From Microcoleus sp. (GTDB taxonomy: Bacteria; Cyanobacteriota; Cyanobacteriia; Cyanobacteriales; Microcoleaceae): a stretch of 64,000 bases of DNA. Below the pieces are notes generated by a model. The model saw only the letters and a program-made list of their open reading frames with translations, searched no databases and was not told the origin of the DNA. The stretch is taken from the NCBI GenBank assembly GCA_052279835.1, contig CP181291.1, positions 832,001-896,000 of the forward strand, read 5' to 3'. The translations under genes were made by a program, and so were the position numbers. Shown here in pieces: positions 32,904 to 43,579 of this stretch (position 1 is its first letter; every line of letters starts with the position of its first letter).

Positions 32904-33333
32904 TTATCGGATGGTTGAAACTCTGACATCAAGCCAGGTTTCCGATTTGATGGAATTATACAAAAACGAATTCTGGTGTGACAAACGCACCCGCGAGGAT
33001 GTGGTGAAAATGCTCGCCGCCACTGATGTTATCATAGGTTTGGTCGATCAGAGCGATGGCTGGGAGCCCCGCAAGCTACGGCTAATTGCTTTTACCCGCG
33101 TCATCACCGATTTTGTCTACATAGGAACGGTTTTTGATGTCATAGTCCACCCGACACACCGAAAGATGGGACTAGGTTTGAAGTTGATGGATGCAGTGGT
33201 AAATCATCCTAAATTGCAAGCTGTTGAAAGATTAGGACTTTACTGTTTGCCGAAGATGATACCATTTTATGAACGGTGGGGCTTCACTGATGATGTGGGC
33301 GGAGTTAAGTTTTTGCGGCGAACAACTGGCTAA
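32884..33333 (+). CDS. GNAT N-acetyltransferase carrying a 7-aa in-frame insertion
   Basis: VIVHPTHRKMGLG AcCoA motif; FYERWGF. Confidence 0.85.
   Translation: MTDKMDNYRMVETLTSSQVSDLMELYKNEFWCDKRTREDVVKMLAATDVIIGLVDQSDGWEPRKLRLIAFTRVITDFVYIGTVFDVIVHPTHRKMGLGLKLMDAVVNHPKLQAVERLGLYCLPKMIPFYERWGFTDDVGGVKFLRRTTG
33058..33078 (-). repeat. 21-nt insertion at a HIP1-like site in the GNAT gene
   Basis: GCGAT[GGCTGGGAGCCCCGCAAGCTA]CGG; removing it gives GCGATCGG and ...QSDRLIAF. Confidence 0.6.
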
Positions 33334-33335
33334 AT

Positions 33336-33695
33336 TCAGCTTGTTGAAAGCCCCAGTTTGTCTCTAATTGCGTCTTCTTTGAAACCTACTAAAACCGCTG
33401 TTCCGTCTTTAACAAACAGAGGACGTTTTAGCAGCATCGCATCCTTAGCAAACGCCTCAATCCACTCTTTGTTTGTCCAATTGTTCCGAACTTCGCCCAA
33501 GGCGCGGTAAGATTGACCGGAAGTATTTCGCATGGGTTGAAACCCCAAGGAATTTACCCATTTTTCAATCATTTCGCGAGTGGGTGGATTTTCTTTGGTG
33601 TTAATGAACTGATAGGTAACTGCATTATCTTCCAGCCACTTGAAGGCTTTTTTGCAGGTTCCACAGTTGGGGATTCCGTAAACTTGAATTGACAT
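33336..33695 (-). CDS. ArsC/Spx-MgsR family protein
   Basis: YGIPNCGTCKKA, NTSGQSYR and LLKRP motifs; the track's MPNAQC extension is STRR. Confidence 0.88.
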   Translation of the reverse strand: MSIQVYGIPNCGTCKKAFKWLEDNAVTYQFINTKENPPTREMIEKWVNSLGFQPMRNTSGQSYRALGEVRNNWTNKEWIEAFAKDAMLLKRPLFVKDGTAVLVGFKEDAIRDKLGLSTS

Positions 33696-33700
33696 AATAT

Positions 33701-33870
33701 TTGGGCATTGGGCATTGGGCATTGGGCATTGGGCATTGGGCATTGGGCATTGGGCATTGGAATAACGAATAAGCCCTTGACCCTTCGACTTCGCTCAGGG
33801 AACTGCAAATAACTAATAACTAATAACTAATAACTAATAACTAATGACCAATGACTACTGACTAATGACT
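33701..33870. repeat. Heptamer STRR arrays (TTGGGCA)n and (AATAACT/AATGACT)n; other STRRs at 44975-45070, 46788-46880 and 54058-54090
   Basis: Directly visible tandem heptamers. Confidence 0.9.
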
Positions 33871-34298
33871 AATTTAGCATCTTCGACCCATTTTTGCACG
33901 CGATCGACTGAAGGAGTCAAATCGTTCCGCTGCATTGTGGCTACGTGCAGCCTCAATATTTGTTGGTGCAATCTCCCCACGGGCATTTGAGCGAGTTGAG
34001 CCGGAGAAGCAACACCTGCGTGGAGTAACAGCCCGCAATACTTACACCCTACACTGGGAATTCGAGCCAAATTTGCCATCGCTACCCATTTGTTAATATA
34101 TCGAATATCAATGTGCAACTGATGCGCTAGCGATACCTTCGCCGTTGGTGTTTTAGTCTGGCCAATTAGTTGGGCGGTGGTGCTAATTCCGCATCCTGCT
34201 AGTTGAGATTGGTTTTCATTGCTTAATCCTGGCAAATTTGCGATCGGCCAATCCGGCGCTTCCCTAGAACTATAATTGGTTTTATGATAATTTTTCAT
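33855..34298 (-). CDS. DUF4332 family HhH protein
   Basis: NLPGLS, KWVAMANLARIPSVG, YCGLLLHAGV. Confidence 0.8.
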   Translation of the reverse strand: MKNYHKTNYSSREAPDWPIANLPGLSNENQSQLAGCGISTTAQLIGQTKTPTAKVSLAHQLHIDIRYINKWVAMANLARIPSVGCKYCGLLLHAGVASPAQLAQMPVGRLHQQILRLHVATMQRNDLTPSVDRVQKWVEDAKLVISQ

Positions 34299-34365
34299 GG
34301 TTTTTTTAAGGATTTTAGTTATATTTTAAAGTATAAATATAAAACAGTCAATAGAGCCGATCGCC

Positions 34366-35754
34366 ATGAATATTTTCCGTGATTACGAATTGTTAACAAT
34401 TGCTTTGCGTCAGCGAAGAGAAAAACTGGCTAGTTTAATTGATTTTCCCACAATTCTCTGGTCTGGTCGCAGTATTTCTCGTAATTATCCGGCTCTGAAG
34501 TTCCCTTTTCGTGCCAGCAGTCACTTTCTCTATTTTGCGGGTTTACCTTTAGAAAATGCGGCGATTCGTTTAGAATTTGGCAAGTTAGAACTGTTCATGG
34601 ATGACGCACTTCCTAGCAGCACCCTGTGGCATGGAGAAATGCCGAAAAGAGCGGAAATTGCGGCACTAATGGGGGCTGATGCTGATTTTCCCATGGCCCA
34701 GTTGAAATCGCGATCGACTGATGCAGCAACTATACCAGTTCAGGATAGTTGGGTTTTGTCGCAACAGTCACAAATGCTCGATCGCCCTTTGACACCATCT
34801 CAATCACCCGCAGGCATTGACCTAGAACTAACCAAGGCAATTATATCACTTCGTCTCACCCAAGATGCTGCAAGTTTGGCAGAATTACGAGCAGCGGCTG
34901 CTGTCACCGTGGCAGCCCACAAAGCCGGAATGGCCGCCACTCCCACAGCTCACATCGAAGCTGGTGTTCGTGCTGCAATGGAAAGTGCGATTATATCACA
35001 AAATATGACCACTGCTTATCCAAGTATTGTTACCCTACACGGAGAAGTGCTGCACAGCGAACATTATTACAATTCGCTACAAACAGGAGATTTACTGTTA
35101 GCAGATGTGGGTGCAGAAACAGCACTGGGATGGGCAGCAGATGTGACTCGCACTTGGCCTGTTTCGGGAAAATTTTCTCCGACTCAGCGCGCCATTTATG
35201 ATGTGGTTTTGGCAGCCCACGATGTTTGTATTGACAAGATTACTCCTGGTGTTGAATACCAAGATATTCATCTGTTAGCTGCTCAGACTATGGCGGCTGG
35301 ATTGGTGGATTTGGGTATTTTGCAAGGTGATGTAGAAGATTTGGTAGCTAGGGATGCTCACGCGCTATTTTTTGTACATGGCATCGGACATTTAATTGGT
35401 TTAGATGTTCACGATATGGAAGATTTAGGCGATTTGGCTGGCTATGCAACAGGAAGAGTTAGAAGCAGTCGTTTTGGTTTGGGATTTCTGCGGTTAAATC
35501 GAGTTTTACAGGAGGGGATGCTGGTATCCATTGAACCTGGATTTTATCAGGTTCCGGCTATTTTGCACAATCCCGAAACTCGGACAAAATATAAAGATTG
35601 TGTAAAGTGGGACGAGTTAGAAAAATTTGGAGATGTTCGGGGAATTAGGATTGAAGATGATATACTCGTAACAGACAGGGGAAGAGAAGTTTTGACTGCA
35701 AAATTGCCTACTCAGGCTTCAGAAATTGAAAATTTAGTTACGGTAAATGCGTAA
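34366..35754 (+). CDS. pepP: Xaa-Pro aminopeptidase
   Basis: DVGAE, ADVTRT, HGIGHLIGLDVHD, EPGFY and GIRIEDD motifs. Confidence 0.9.
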   Translation: MNIFRDYELLTIALRQRREKLASLIDFPTILWSGRSISRNYPALKFPFRASSHFLYFAGLPLENAAIRLEFGKLELFMDDALPSSTLWHGEMPKRAEIAALMGADADFPMAQLKSRSTDAATIPVQDSWVLSQQSQMLDRPLTPSQSPAGIDLELTKAIISLRLTQDAASLAELRAAAAVTVAAHKAGMAATPTAHIEAGVRAAMESAIISQNMTTAYPSIVTLHGEVLHSEHYYNSLQTGDLLLADVGAETALGWAADVTRTWPVSGKFSPTQRAIYDVVLAAHDVCIDKITPGVEYQDIHLLAAQTMAAGLVDLGILQGDVEDLVARDAHALFFVHGIGHLIGLDVHDMEDLGDLAGYATGRVRSSRFGLGFLRLNRVLQEGMLVSIEPGFYQVPAILHNPETRTKYKDCVKWDELEKFGDVRGIRIEDDILVTDRGREVLTAKLPTQASEIENLVTVNA

Positions 35755-35813
35755 GTACATCTCAAAATAGAGGTTTACTTGTGCAGTTAAATTGGGTGTG
35801 AAACAAGATAAAT

Positions 35814-37505
35814 ATGAACAAAGCTTGGAAGGTAGATTTTTTAATGCTGGTGGAAAGGCTGGTAGCACAAGTGCAAAAAATCGCAACAGCGACAGTTGCG
35901 AGCATTTTTCGGAAAGCTGTATCCCCACCGCCACCCATGCAAGCTGCAATCTTCCCTAGCAATGAAGAAGAAAGGCTACAAGCACTTCACGATTATAATA
36001 TTCTCGATACAGATGCAGAAGGAGCTTTTGATGATTTAACAGCTTTGGCCTCCCATATTTGTGGTACTCCCATTGCTTTAGTTAGTTTAGTTGATGCTAA
36101 TAGGCAATGGTTTAAATCAAGAGTTGGTTTAGAAGCAATGGAAACTCCTAGAGAGTTGGCGTTTTGCGCTCATGCTATTTTAAAGCCAAATGAATTGCTA
36201 GTTGTACCCGATGCTACAGAAGATGAGCGCTTTGCTGGGAATCCTTTAGTCACTTCTAATCCCAATATTCGATTCTATGCTGGCACTCCTTTAGTAACTG
36301 CTGATGGTTTTCCGATTGGGACTTTGTGTGCGATCGATACAGTCCCTCGGCATCTGAGTCCGGAACAATTAGAAGCGCTCAGGGTTTTAGGAAGACAAGT
36401 AATCAGTCAAATGGAGTTGCGGATTAATTTAGTTAAGTTAAATCGCTCCATCAAAAGGCAAAAACAAGTAGAAGCAAAATTGCGGGCTTCTGATGAGCAA
36501 ATTGTGAATTTTTTAGAAGGAATGAGCGATGCTTTTTTTGCTTTAGATCCCCATTGGCGATTTACCTATGTCAATTATAAAGCTGCTAAATTCTTGGAGC
36601 GCCAACCGGAAGAAATTTTTGGTAAAAATATCTGGCAAGAGTTTCCCGATTTGTTTAGTGCAGTATTTTACCAAGAGTTTCAGGAAGCTGTATCTAGACA
36701 AGTGGGAATGAGTTTTGAAAAATATTATCGTCATTTAAAAGTTTGGTTGGAAGTTAGAGTTTTTCCTTCCCATGACGGCATTTCTGTGTTTTTTCATGAC
36801 ATCACGAAACGTAAGCGGATTGAATCGGCTCTCAGGAAAGAACAGAAAAAAACTAATGGTTTATTGCTAAATATTTTACCAGAGGCGATCGCCGACAGAT
36901 TGAAGTCCCAACCGGGGGTGATTGCTGACAAGTTTGAACACACCACTGTCCTGTTTGCTGATTTGGTGAATTTTACTCAAATTTCTACCACGATGTCGGC
37001 GACTAAATTGGTGTACTTGCTCAATGAAATTTTCTCAACTTTCGACAAATTAACAGAAAAGCACGGTTTAGAAAAAATTAAGACGATCGGGGATGCTTAT
37101 ATGGTAGCGGCTGGTATTCCCATTCAACGGCTAGATCACGCAGAGGCGATCGCCGAAATGGCGATGGATATGCTAGCAGCAATTAAGGAATTAAATGTAA
37201 AGTTAGAAGCGACATTTGACCTCCGCATTGGGATTAATAGCGGCCCGGTGGTAGCGGGAGTCATTGGTACTAAAAAATTTATTTACGATTTGTGGGGAAA
37301 TGCTGTAAATACAGCCAGCCGTATGGAATCTCACGGCCTACCAGGTCGGATTCAAGTTAGCATCTATAGTTACCAATTACTCCAGGAAAAATATGAATTT
37401 GAAGAACGGGGCTTGATCGAGATTAAAGGCAAGGGGGAAATGCGGACTTATCTCCTGAAGGGGAGGAAAACCTCAAGTGACGATCCAAATAAGATTATGC
37501 TATAG
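35814..37505 (+). CDS. GAF-PAS class III adenylate/guanylate cyclase (start may be ATG 35937)
   Basis: GAF (RQWFKS, RFYAG), PAS, and cyclase motifs [30 protein letters not shown]. Confidence 0.9.
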   Translation: MNKAWKVDFLMLVERLVAQVQKIATATVASIFRKAVSPPPPMQAAIFPSNEEERLQALHDYNILDTDAEGAFDDLTALASHICGTPIALVSLVDANRQWFKSRVGLEAMETPRELAFCAHAILKPNELLVVPDATEDERFAGNPLVTSNPNIRFYAGTPLVTADGFPIGTLCAIDTVPRHLSPEQLEALRVLGRQVISQMELRINLVKLNRSIKRQKQVEAKLRASDEQIVNFLEGMSDAFFALDPHWRFTYVNYKAAKFLERQPEEIFGKNIWQEFPDLFSAVFYQEFQEAVSRQVGMSFEKYYRHLKVWLEVRVFPSHDGISVFFHDITKRKRIESALRKEQKKTNGLLLNILPEAIADRLKSQPGVIADKFEHTTVLFADLVNFTQISTTMSATKLVYLLNEIFSTFDKLTEKHGLEKIKTIGDAYMVAAGIPIQRLDHAEAIAEMAMDMLAAIKELNVKLEATFDLRIGINSGPVVAGVIGTKKFIYDLWGNAVNTASRMESHGLPGRIQVSIYSYQLLQEKYEFEERGLIEIKGKGEMRTYLLKGRKTSSDDPNKIML

Positions 37506-37581
37506 AGAGAGATATCCGATCCCTAATGGGCCCGGTACTCACCTATATAAATATTAAGTTGAAGTCCTTGGAGCCTTTAAG

Positions 37582-38569
37582 ATGGTTCAATTTCATATTC
37601 AAACAGATAGTGACATTCCAGCCTCCACGCAACTGTTCAATCAAATCAGGTTTGCGATCGCCTCGCGACAATTTCCGCCAGGGGGGACACCGATTACCCA
37701 GTACCAGACAACTAGCCATGCAGACGGGTTTGCACCGCAACACCATCAGCAAAGTTTACCGACAGCTAGAAAATACTGGACTCGTGGAAGCTCAAGCCGG
37801 ATCGGGGATTTACGTGCGGGCTCAAGGCCACGAAGGCGGCAGTAAACTCAAATCTCCCATCCTGGATGAATATCCTCTGGCAAACAAGATAGTGCAAGAA
37901 AGCCTGGATCAACTGCTGGGACAGGGCTGTACCCTCAACCAAGCCAGGGAATTATTTTTGGCCGAAATTGACTGGCGTCTCCGGTGCAGCGCGCGGGTGG
38001 TCGTCACAGCCCCCGCAGAAGACATCGGCGTCGGAGAGTTGATGGCGAAAGAACTCGAACAAGCTTTGCGTATCCCCATACAGTTGGTGGCGATGGAAGA
38101 TTTGGGTACTTTTTTGGATCAAATCTCTTCTGGAACTGTCATCACTAGCCGCTATTTTATCGGAGAGGCTGAGTCGATCGCCGCACCTCGTTCTGTGCGA
38201 GTTATTCCCGTAGACATTTACGATTATGTTCAGGAGATCAAGTTAGTGGGGGGTTTACCGAAAGACAGTTATTTGGGTTTGGTCAGTCTCAGCCCTGGTA
38301 TGCTGCGATCGACTGAAGTAATCATTCACAGTTTCCGGGGAGAGGATTTGCTGGTGATGACGGCGCTGCTGTCAGACACCTACAAAATTAACTCCATCGT
38401 GCGATCGGCCAGAACAATCTTTTGCGACCAACCAAGTTTTGCTACAGTAAAAGCTGCGATTAACGCGGCCAGAGAAGATATTATTCGTCCGCCTCAACTG
38501 GTATGCTGCGAAAATTACATCGGTTCTAAGTCGATTAATTTGCTCAAGCGCGAGTTGGGCTTAGGATAA
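37582..38569 (+). pseudogene. plmA: PlmA (cyanobacterial GntR-family regulator), frameshifted at a G6 run
   Basis: ORF 37582 gives MVQFHIQTDSDIPASTQLFNQIRFAIASRQFPPG; the next frame continues GHRLPSTRQLAMQTGLHRNT; junction at 37681-37686. Confidence 0.85.
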
Positions 38570-38641
38570 GTCAGTTGACCCGAAAGCAGTTAAAGTTGTT
38601 ATTTGTTGTTCTAATAACGAATAACCCATAACCCATCACCC

Positions 38642-39310
38642 ATGAATATTGAAATGCAGCCTTCAATTAATGTCAAAACAGCCATCGAAAGCCGCCGGGC
38701 TGCCCGCAGTTTCAGACCCGATCTAATTCCCCCAGAAATTATCAAAGAGATTTTACGCTTGGGAGTGCGATCGCCTTCGGGTTACAACTTACAGCCTTGG
38801 CGGTTCATCATACTCCAAGACCAAACAAGTAAGGAAAAATTAAAAGCCTGTGCTTTCGATCAGCGCCAAGTTGTAGAAGCCCCCATTGTATTAATTTGCT
38901 GTGGCGATCGGCGCGCTGCTCAACCCGAAAACATTGAAGCAGTAATTGAATTGGGTAAAGCCGTGGGTGGGGTCAATGACACTTTAGCCGATTATATACG
39001 CGGCGCAATCCCGCAATTGTTCGAGTCTCATCCTAGTTTTGAGTCCTTAGAAGCTTGGACAAATCGCCACACAATGTTAGCTGTAGCTCATTTAATGATT
39101 GCAGCCAAAAGTTTTGGGGTGGACAGTTGTCCGATGGAAGGTTTTGTAGCCGCCAAGGTGAAAGAAGCCTTTAACATTCCCGAAGCAGTAGATGTTTGTT
39201 GTTTGCTTCCCCTTGGCTATGCACAAGAACCTTTCAAAAAATACGGCGGACGTTTTAATTTGGATCGAGTTTATTACAGCGAAAGTTATGGAGAATCTTT
39301 ACGATTTTAA
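38642..39310 (+). CDS. Nitroreductase family protein
   Basis: RRAARSF, SPSGYNLQPW and CPMEGF motifs. Confidence 0.9.
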   Translation: MNIEMQPSINVKTAIESRRAARSFRPDLIPPEIIKEILRLGVRSPSGYNLQPWRFIILQDQTSKEKLKACAFDQRQVVEAPIVLICCGDRRAAQPENIEAVIELGKAVGGVNDTLADYIRGAIPQLFESHPSFESLEAWTNRHTMLAVAHLMIAAKSFGVDSCPMEGFVAAKVKEAFNIPEAVDVCCLLPLGYAQEPFKKYGGRFNLDRVYYSESYGESLRF

Positions 39311-39536
39311 AATGAAAATTTTAGATTTTAGACTTACCCTAGAAGGGTGCATCATTAATAGGACTTACGAATTTCAACATGATGCTGTCATTCACAAAGG
39401 TTGCCCAGCATCTCAAATTATGGCAAAAAAAGTCATACTGCGTAAGTTCTATTTAACACAGACAACGGAGATATCGAAAATTTCAAATATCAAATCGAAA
39501 ATTGTTAGTGTGGTGGGATACTGAGGAACAATTAAT

Positions 39537-41450
39537 ATGAAAGTAGCAGCGCGACAAAGCAGAGCGGAAATTCTCGAAGTAGATTTACAGAAGCATTTAC
39601 AAGCAGCCGGATTTAAAAATTTACCACTTTATCTAAGCTGCGATTTTCAAGAAGCATCTTTAACCGTAGTTGGAGAACATCCGCGCAGTTTGGTTCTCAA
39701 AGCTAAACAAACTTTTGCGGTGCTAGAAGCAGCAATTCTGGAATTGCAACCCCAATCTATTCAACAGATTGGACTTTGCCTGAAAATTACCGGGCAAAAA
39801 CAGCCCTATGCGTTTCATTCTTTTACCATGAATCACCCTGTTTTGTCAAGGACAAAAACAGTCGAAATATGGCAAAAAGCCGCAGCAATACCCGCAGATT
39901 CAACGGAAAGTGCGATCGTACTTAAAGTACCGGAGACGGAGCAGACAACCCAGACAGCTCATGTATCGGATGTAGCTAGTGAATCGCCCAGGGAAACAGA
40001 GGAGAAAAACCCCTGGTTTGAGGAAACTTTTCCCGATGTGTGGGAGACTCCCAGCCATGAGGAACCGATCGCCTTTAAAGTCTCAGCAATACCGACAGAT
40101 GGCGAGCTAAATCCCTTCGATCCGCTGGATTTAGAACCAGTCACCGTCACCAAAAAACCCAAGCATTCACCGTTTGTGAGCTTAGCTGTAGTAGCTATTT
40201 CTAGTGTGGCGATCGTAGTTTTGGGAGGCGTTTATTACCTGCTGAGTCGCCCTTGCGTTATCGGCGAATGTACCCCATTGGCTGAGGCTCAACAGTTAAG
40301 CGATAATTCAGTAAGGACGCTCAAAACTTCAAAAGTTGACAATACTCCCGAAGCAGCGCAAGAACAGTTAAAACAGGCGATCACCCTTTTAGAACCTATT
40401 CCATTTTGGTCAATTCATCACGGCAAAGCTGAAGATGAACTTGACAGATACCGCAGGCAAAGTCAGAATTTAAACTTGGCAGTAGATGCCACAAGACTGG
40501 CAGTATCCGCCGCAGAAATCACCGAAAATCCGCCCCATAGTGCACAGAATTGGCAAGAATCCCAGTCTCTGTGGCAAAGTGCGATCGCCAAACTCAAACA
40601 AATTCCCCAAAACAGCACAGCTTATCCCTTTGCTCAGCAAAAGTTAAAGGAATATCGCCAAAAACTAGCAAAGGGAAATAGACAGTTAACCACAGAAAAA
40701 AAAGCCGAAAACCAACTTCTAGACGCCAAAAAGACAGCCCAAATAGCAGAAGCCCGCGCCATAGTAGCTCAGCAAGCAGAAAGTTGGGAACAAGTGCAAG
40801 CAAATTGGCAAAAATCCCTCGACAAGCTATCAGACATTTCCACCAATACGGAATCTTACGAACAAGCGAAAGCGCTGATTCCTCAATACGAAACCAAACT
40901 ATCAGAAGCTAGCGAGCGAAAACAAGTCGAAGAAATCGCAGAAGAGGCTTATACTCAAGCAGTCACACTAGCTGCTCAAGCGAGAATTTTTGAGGAGCGA
41001 AATGCTTGGTTTCAAGCATCAGAACACTGGCGACGAGCCTTGAGTTACGCCGCCAAAGTTCCTCCCACAACTTCTTATTACTTGAAAACCAAACCACTGA
41101 TGCCTTCCTATAGAACTTATTTGCACGAAGCAGAAGTTAAGTTGCAGGAAGAAAGGACTTTACAAAAAGCCCGCACTGATTTAGATAAAACTTGCAAGGG
41201 AAATCCCAAGATTTGCGACTATACTGTTAGCAAAGATTTGATTGCGGTGCAGATGACGCCCGATTACGTGCAGAAACTGCAACAAATTTTCATTCAAGCC
41301 GACTATAACAATGCTACCAAGACTCGTCAAGCTGTAGAAAAGCACGTTCAAACTCTGCAACTCGCTTTGGAGGCGATCGGTGATAACGCCAATATTCCCA
41401 TGCAAGTGTACAATGCCGAAGGCAAGCGCATTGGCACTCACGGGAATTAG
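39537..41450 (+). CDS. Hypothetical single-TM protein with a helical-repeat C-terminal region
   Basis: Long ORF; TM segment followed by RPCVIGEC and W-periodic helices. Confidence 0.7.
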   Translation: MKVAARQSRAEILEVDLQKHLQAAGFKNLPLYLSCDFQEASLTVVGEHPRSLVLKAKQTFAVLEAAILELQPQSIQQIGLCLKITGQKQPYAFHSFTMNHPVLSRTKTVEIWQKAAAIPADSTESAIVLKVPETEQTTQTAHVSDVASESPRETEEKNPWFEETFPDVWETPSHEEPIAFKVSAIPTDGELNPFDPLDLEPVTVTKKPKHSPFVSLAVVAISSVAIVVLGGVYYLLSRPCVIGECTPLAEAQQLSDNSVRTLKTSKVDNTPEAAQEQLKQAITLLEPIPFWSIHHGKAEDELDRYRRQSQNLNLAVDATRLAVSAAEITENPPHSAQNWQESQSLWQSAIAKLKQIPQNSTAYPFAQQKLKEYRQKLAKGNRQLTTEKKAENQLLDAKKTAQIAEARAIVAQQAESWEQVQANWQKSLDKLSDISTNTESYEQAKALIPQYETKLSEASERKQVEEIAEEAYTQAVTLAAQARIFEERNAWFQASEHWRRALSYAAKVPPTTSYYLKTKPLMPSYRTYLHEAEVKLQEERTLQKARTDLDKTCKGNPKICDYTVSKDLIAVQMTPDYVQKLQQIFIQADYNNATKTRQAVEKHVQTLQLALEAIGDNANIPMQVYNAEGKRIGTHGN

Positions 41451-41639
41451 TTGGGATTGGAACAGATTTTAGCGTGGGTTGGCGGCGGCGATGAAGTAAA
41501 TATTTAACCGCGACTAATCCACCAACCGCCACGCAAAGTCAAAATATGCGATCGCAAATCCTGTAAAGAACGCTATAAAAAGATGTTAGCAATCAAATGC
41601 TCCAAAAGGTCAAACTTCATAACTTCAAAAGTCATAATA

Positions 41640-41898
41640 ATACAGAACTAAATTTTGATAATTCAGGCCTCCATGCACTCGTAGGACAAAACAGTTCTGT
41701 TACATTGTTGATGAACTTACTCCGTCTCAAGTTCATGTATTAAGTAACAATAACTCCGGTGTGACTCGTTGCAAAAGATTAGATGAACATCCTGATGTAG
41801 AATGGGCAAAACAAACTTTAACCACCGGAGAATTCTGGGATGCAGAGGGAGAAGATTGGGAAGAACGATTAATTCCCATCATTGGATCTTCTGAGTAA
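41640..41898 (+). pseudogene. Possible degenerate C-terminal remnant of an AAA_21-type ATPase
   Basis: IIQASMHS* (H-loop-like) then YIVDELTPSQVHVL...GEFWDAEGEDW; no start. Confidence 0.4.
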
Positions 41899-41973
41899 AA
41901 GTCGAACCTAAACACCTTACAGCTATAAGTAGCACGTAAAACTACTTTTTGAATAAATCCAGTTTATGCCAAA

Positions 41974-42615
41974 CTAATCAGTATCCCCAGGAATCTCATC
42001 CGCAATCAATCCAGCTTGAAAAACCTGTTGCGCCGTCAAATTCAACTCAGGGAAAGTTGGCGACTCAATCCGATCTTCTCCCTGAAACAAACTCACCTCG
42101 TATTCGCCATCAATCAACCGATAAACCGAAATAGTCGGTTGCTTGGGATTACCAATAAATCTGCGGCCCCCCAAACCGAGATAATCCACAATCCAGTATT
42201 CAGGAATCCCGATTAGTTCGTATTCACCTACTTTTTTGATGTAATCATCTTGCCAATTCGTGCTCACGACTTCAACAACCAGCGGAATTGATGCCCCTTG
42301 AGTCACAGTGGAGAATTTTTTCCACAGAGGTTCTGATGCTAAATTCGGACGATTTAAGATCAGAATATCGGGCGAATAAGCTGATTCGTTTTCTGGGGGC
42401 TTAACTAATGCTTGTCCGGGGATGAAGTACGGAAGGTTTAGCCGATCGAATTCTACTGTCAATTTTCTTGCGGAAAAACCGATAACTTCTTCATGGTCTC
42501 CTAAAGGCTGTGACATTTCAACAATCTCTCCATTGTGCAGTTCATAGCGTCCGTTTTCTGGCTTCCATTCCGCAAATTCTTCAAAAGTTAGCGTTTTAGT
42601 TGCTATTTGAATCAT
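41974..42615 (-). CDS. Uma2 family protein
   Basis: RYELHNGEI, YSPDIL, VVEVVS and EYWIVD motifs. Confidence 0.88.
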   Translation of the reverse strand: MIQIATKTLTFEEFAEWKPENGRYELHNGEIVEMSQPLGDHEEVIGFSARKLTVEFDRLNLPYFIPGQALVKPPENESAYSPDILILNRPNLASEPLWKKFSTVTQGASIPLVVEVVSTNWQDDYIKKVGEYELIGIPEYWIVDYLGLGGRRFIGNPKQPTISVYRLIDGEYEVSLFQGEDRIESPTFPELNLTAQQVFQAGLIADEIPGDTD

Positions 42616-42672
42616 GGTTATTCTCCTTTATTACCAATTCCAATGCGCAATAGCCAATGCCTAATTTCCAAA

Positions 42673-43452
42673 TTACCATTTAATCAATTGTGCATCTTGA
42701 TTAAAAAATCTGCGATACAATCCTTCAGTCAATAGCAAAGTTGCGATTAAAGTTGCCAGCGCTAACACAAACATAATCAAAATCTGGTAAGATGCTGCAT
42801 CCAGAGGGGCAACACCACTGAGCATTTGACCTGTCATCATACCGGGCAAAGTCACAATTCCCACAACCGTCATTGTATTTAAAGTGGGGATTAATCCAGC
42901 TTTAATAGCATCTTTGCGATACTGCTTTACTGCTTGCTGGGGGGTGGCTCCTAAACTCAAATGGGTTTCTATTTCTAACTGACTGCTATTAATTGTACTC
43001 ACGAGTCTTTCACCGGCGATCGCCCCGGAATTCATGGCATTTCCTAATATCATCCCCGCTAAAGGAATCAGGTATTGTGGTTCGTACCAAGGCTCAGGTT
43101 GTAGGATGAGCAAATTTGTATAGGCCAAAGTCAAGGCTGTGCCGATCAAAATTGAACCCGAAACTAAAGGTAGTAAATTTTTGATTTTTTTGCTGATGCG
43201 GTTGGTGGCGACTACGCTAGCTGTTGTCACCATGATTGCTAAGACTGCTAAAACCAGCCAAGGATTTTTAGCATTGGGGTCAAATACGACTGCCAGCACG
43301 TAGCCGACTAAGATTAACTGGATCAGGGTGCGCCCCGCGGCGATCGCGATCGACCCGGACATTCCCAATTCCTGCCAAGCCGAAAGCCCGATCGCGATCG
43401 CCACCATCCCCAAAGCCCAACCCAAATCCGTAAAATCTAGCAAAATTAACAC
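42673..43452 (-). CDS. fetB: UPF0014/FetB (YbbM) ABC permease
   Basis: RTLIQL, IPLAGMILGNAMN and LPGMMTGQ motifs; GTG start after GGAG. Confidence 0.8.
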   Translation of the reverse strand: MLILLDFTDLGWALGMVAIAIGLSAWQELGMSGSIAIAAGRTLIQLILVGYVLAVVFDPNAKNPWLVLAVLAIMVTTASVVATNRISKKIKNLLPLVSGSILIGTALTLAYTNLLILQPEPWYEPQYLIPLAGMILGNAMNSGAIAGERLVSTINSSQLEIETHLSLGATPQQAVKQYRKDAIKAGLIPTLNTMTVVGIVTLPGMMTGQMLSGVAPLDAASYQILIMFVLALATLIATLLLTEGLYRRFFNQDAQLIKW

Positions 43453-43579
43453 AGGAACTCCGTTTCGATAAAGTGATTGTTGGCGCGTCAAAATATAAGA
43501 TATTGCAATAAAGGTGTCTGGGAAACAGTTTTGCTGCAAGAATTTGGTTTGATAATGGTTGAAATTTATGGTGTGAAGA

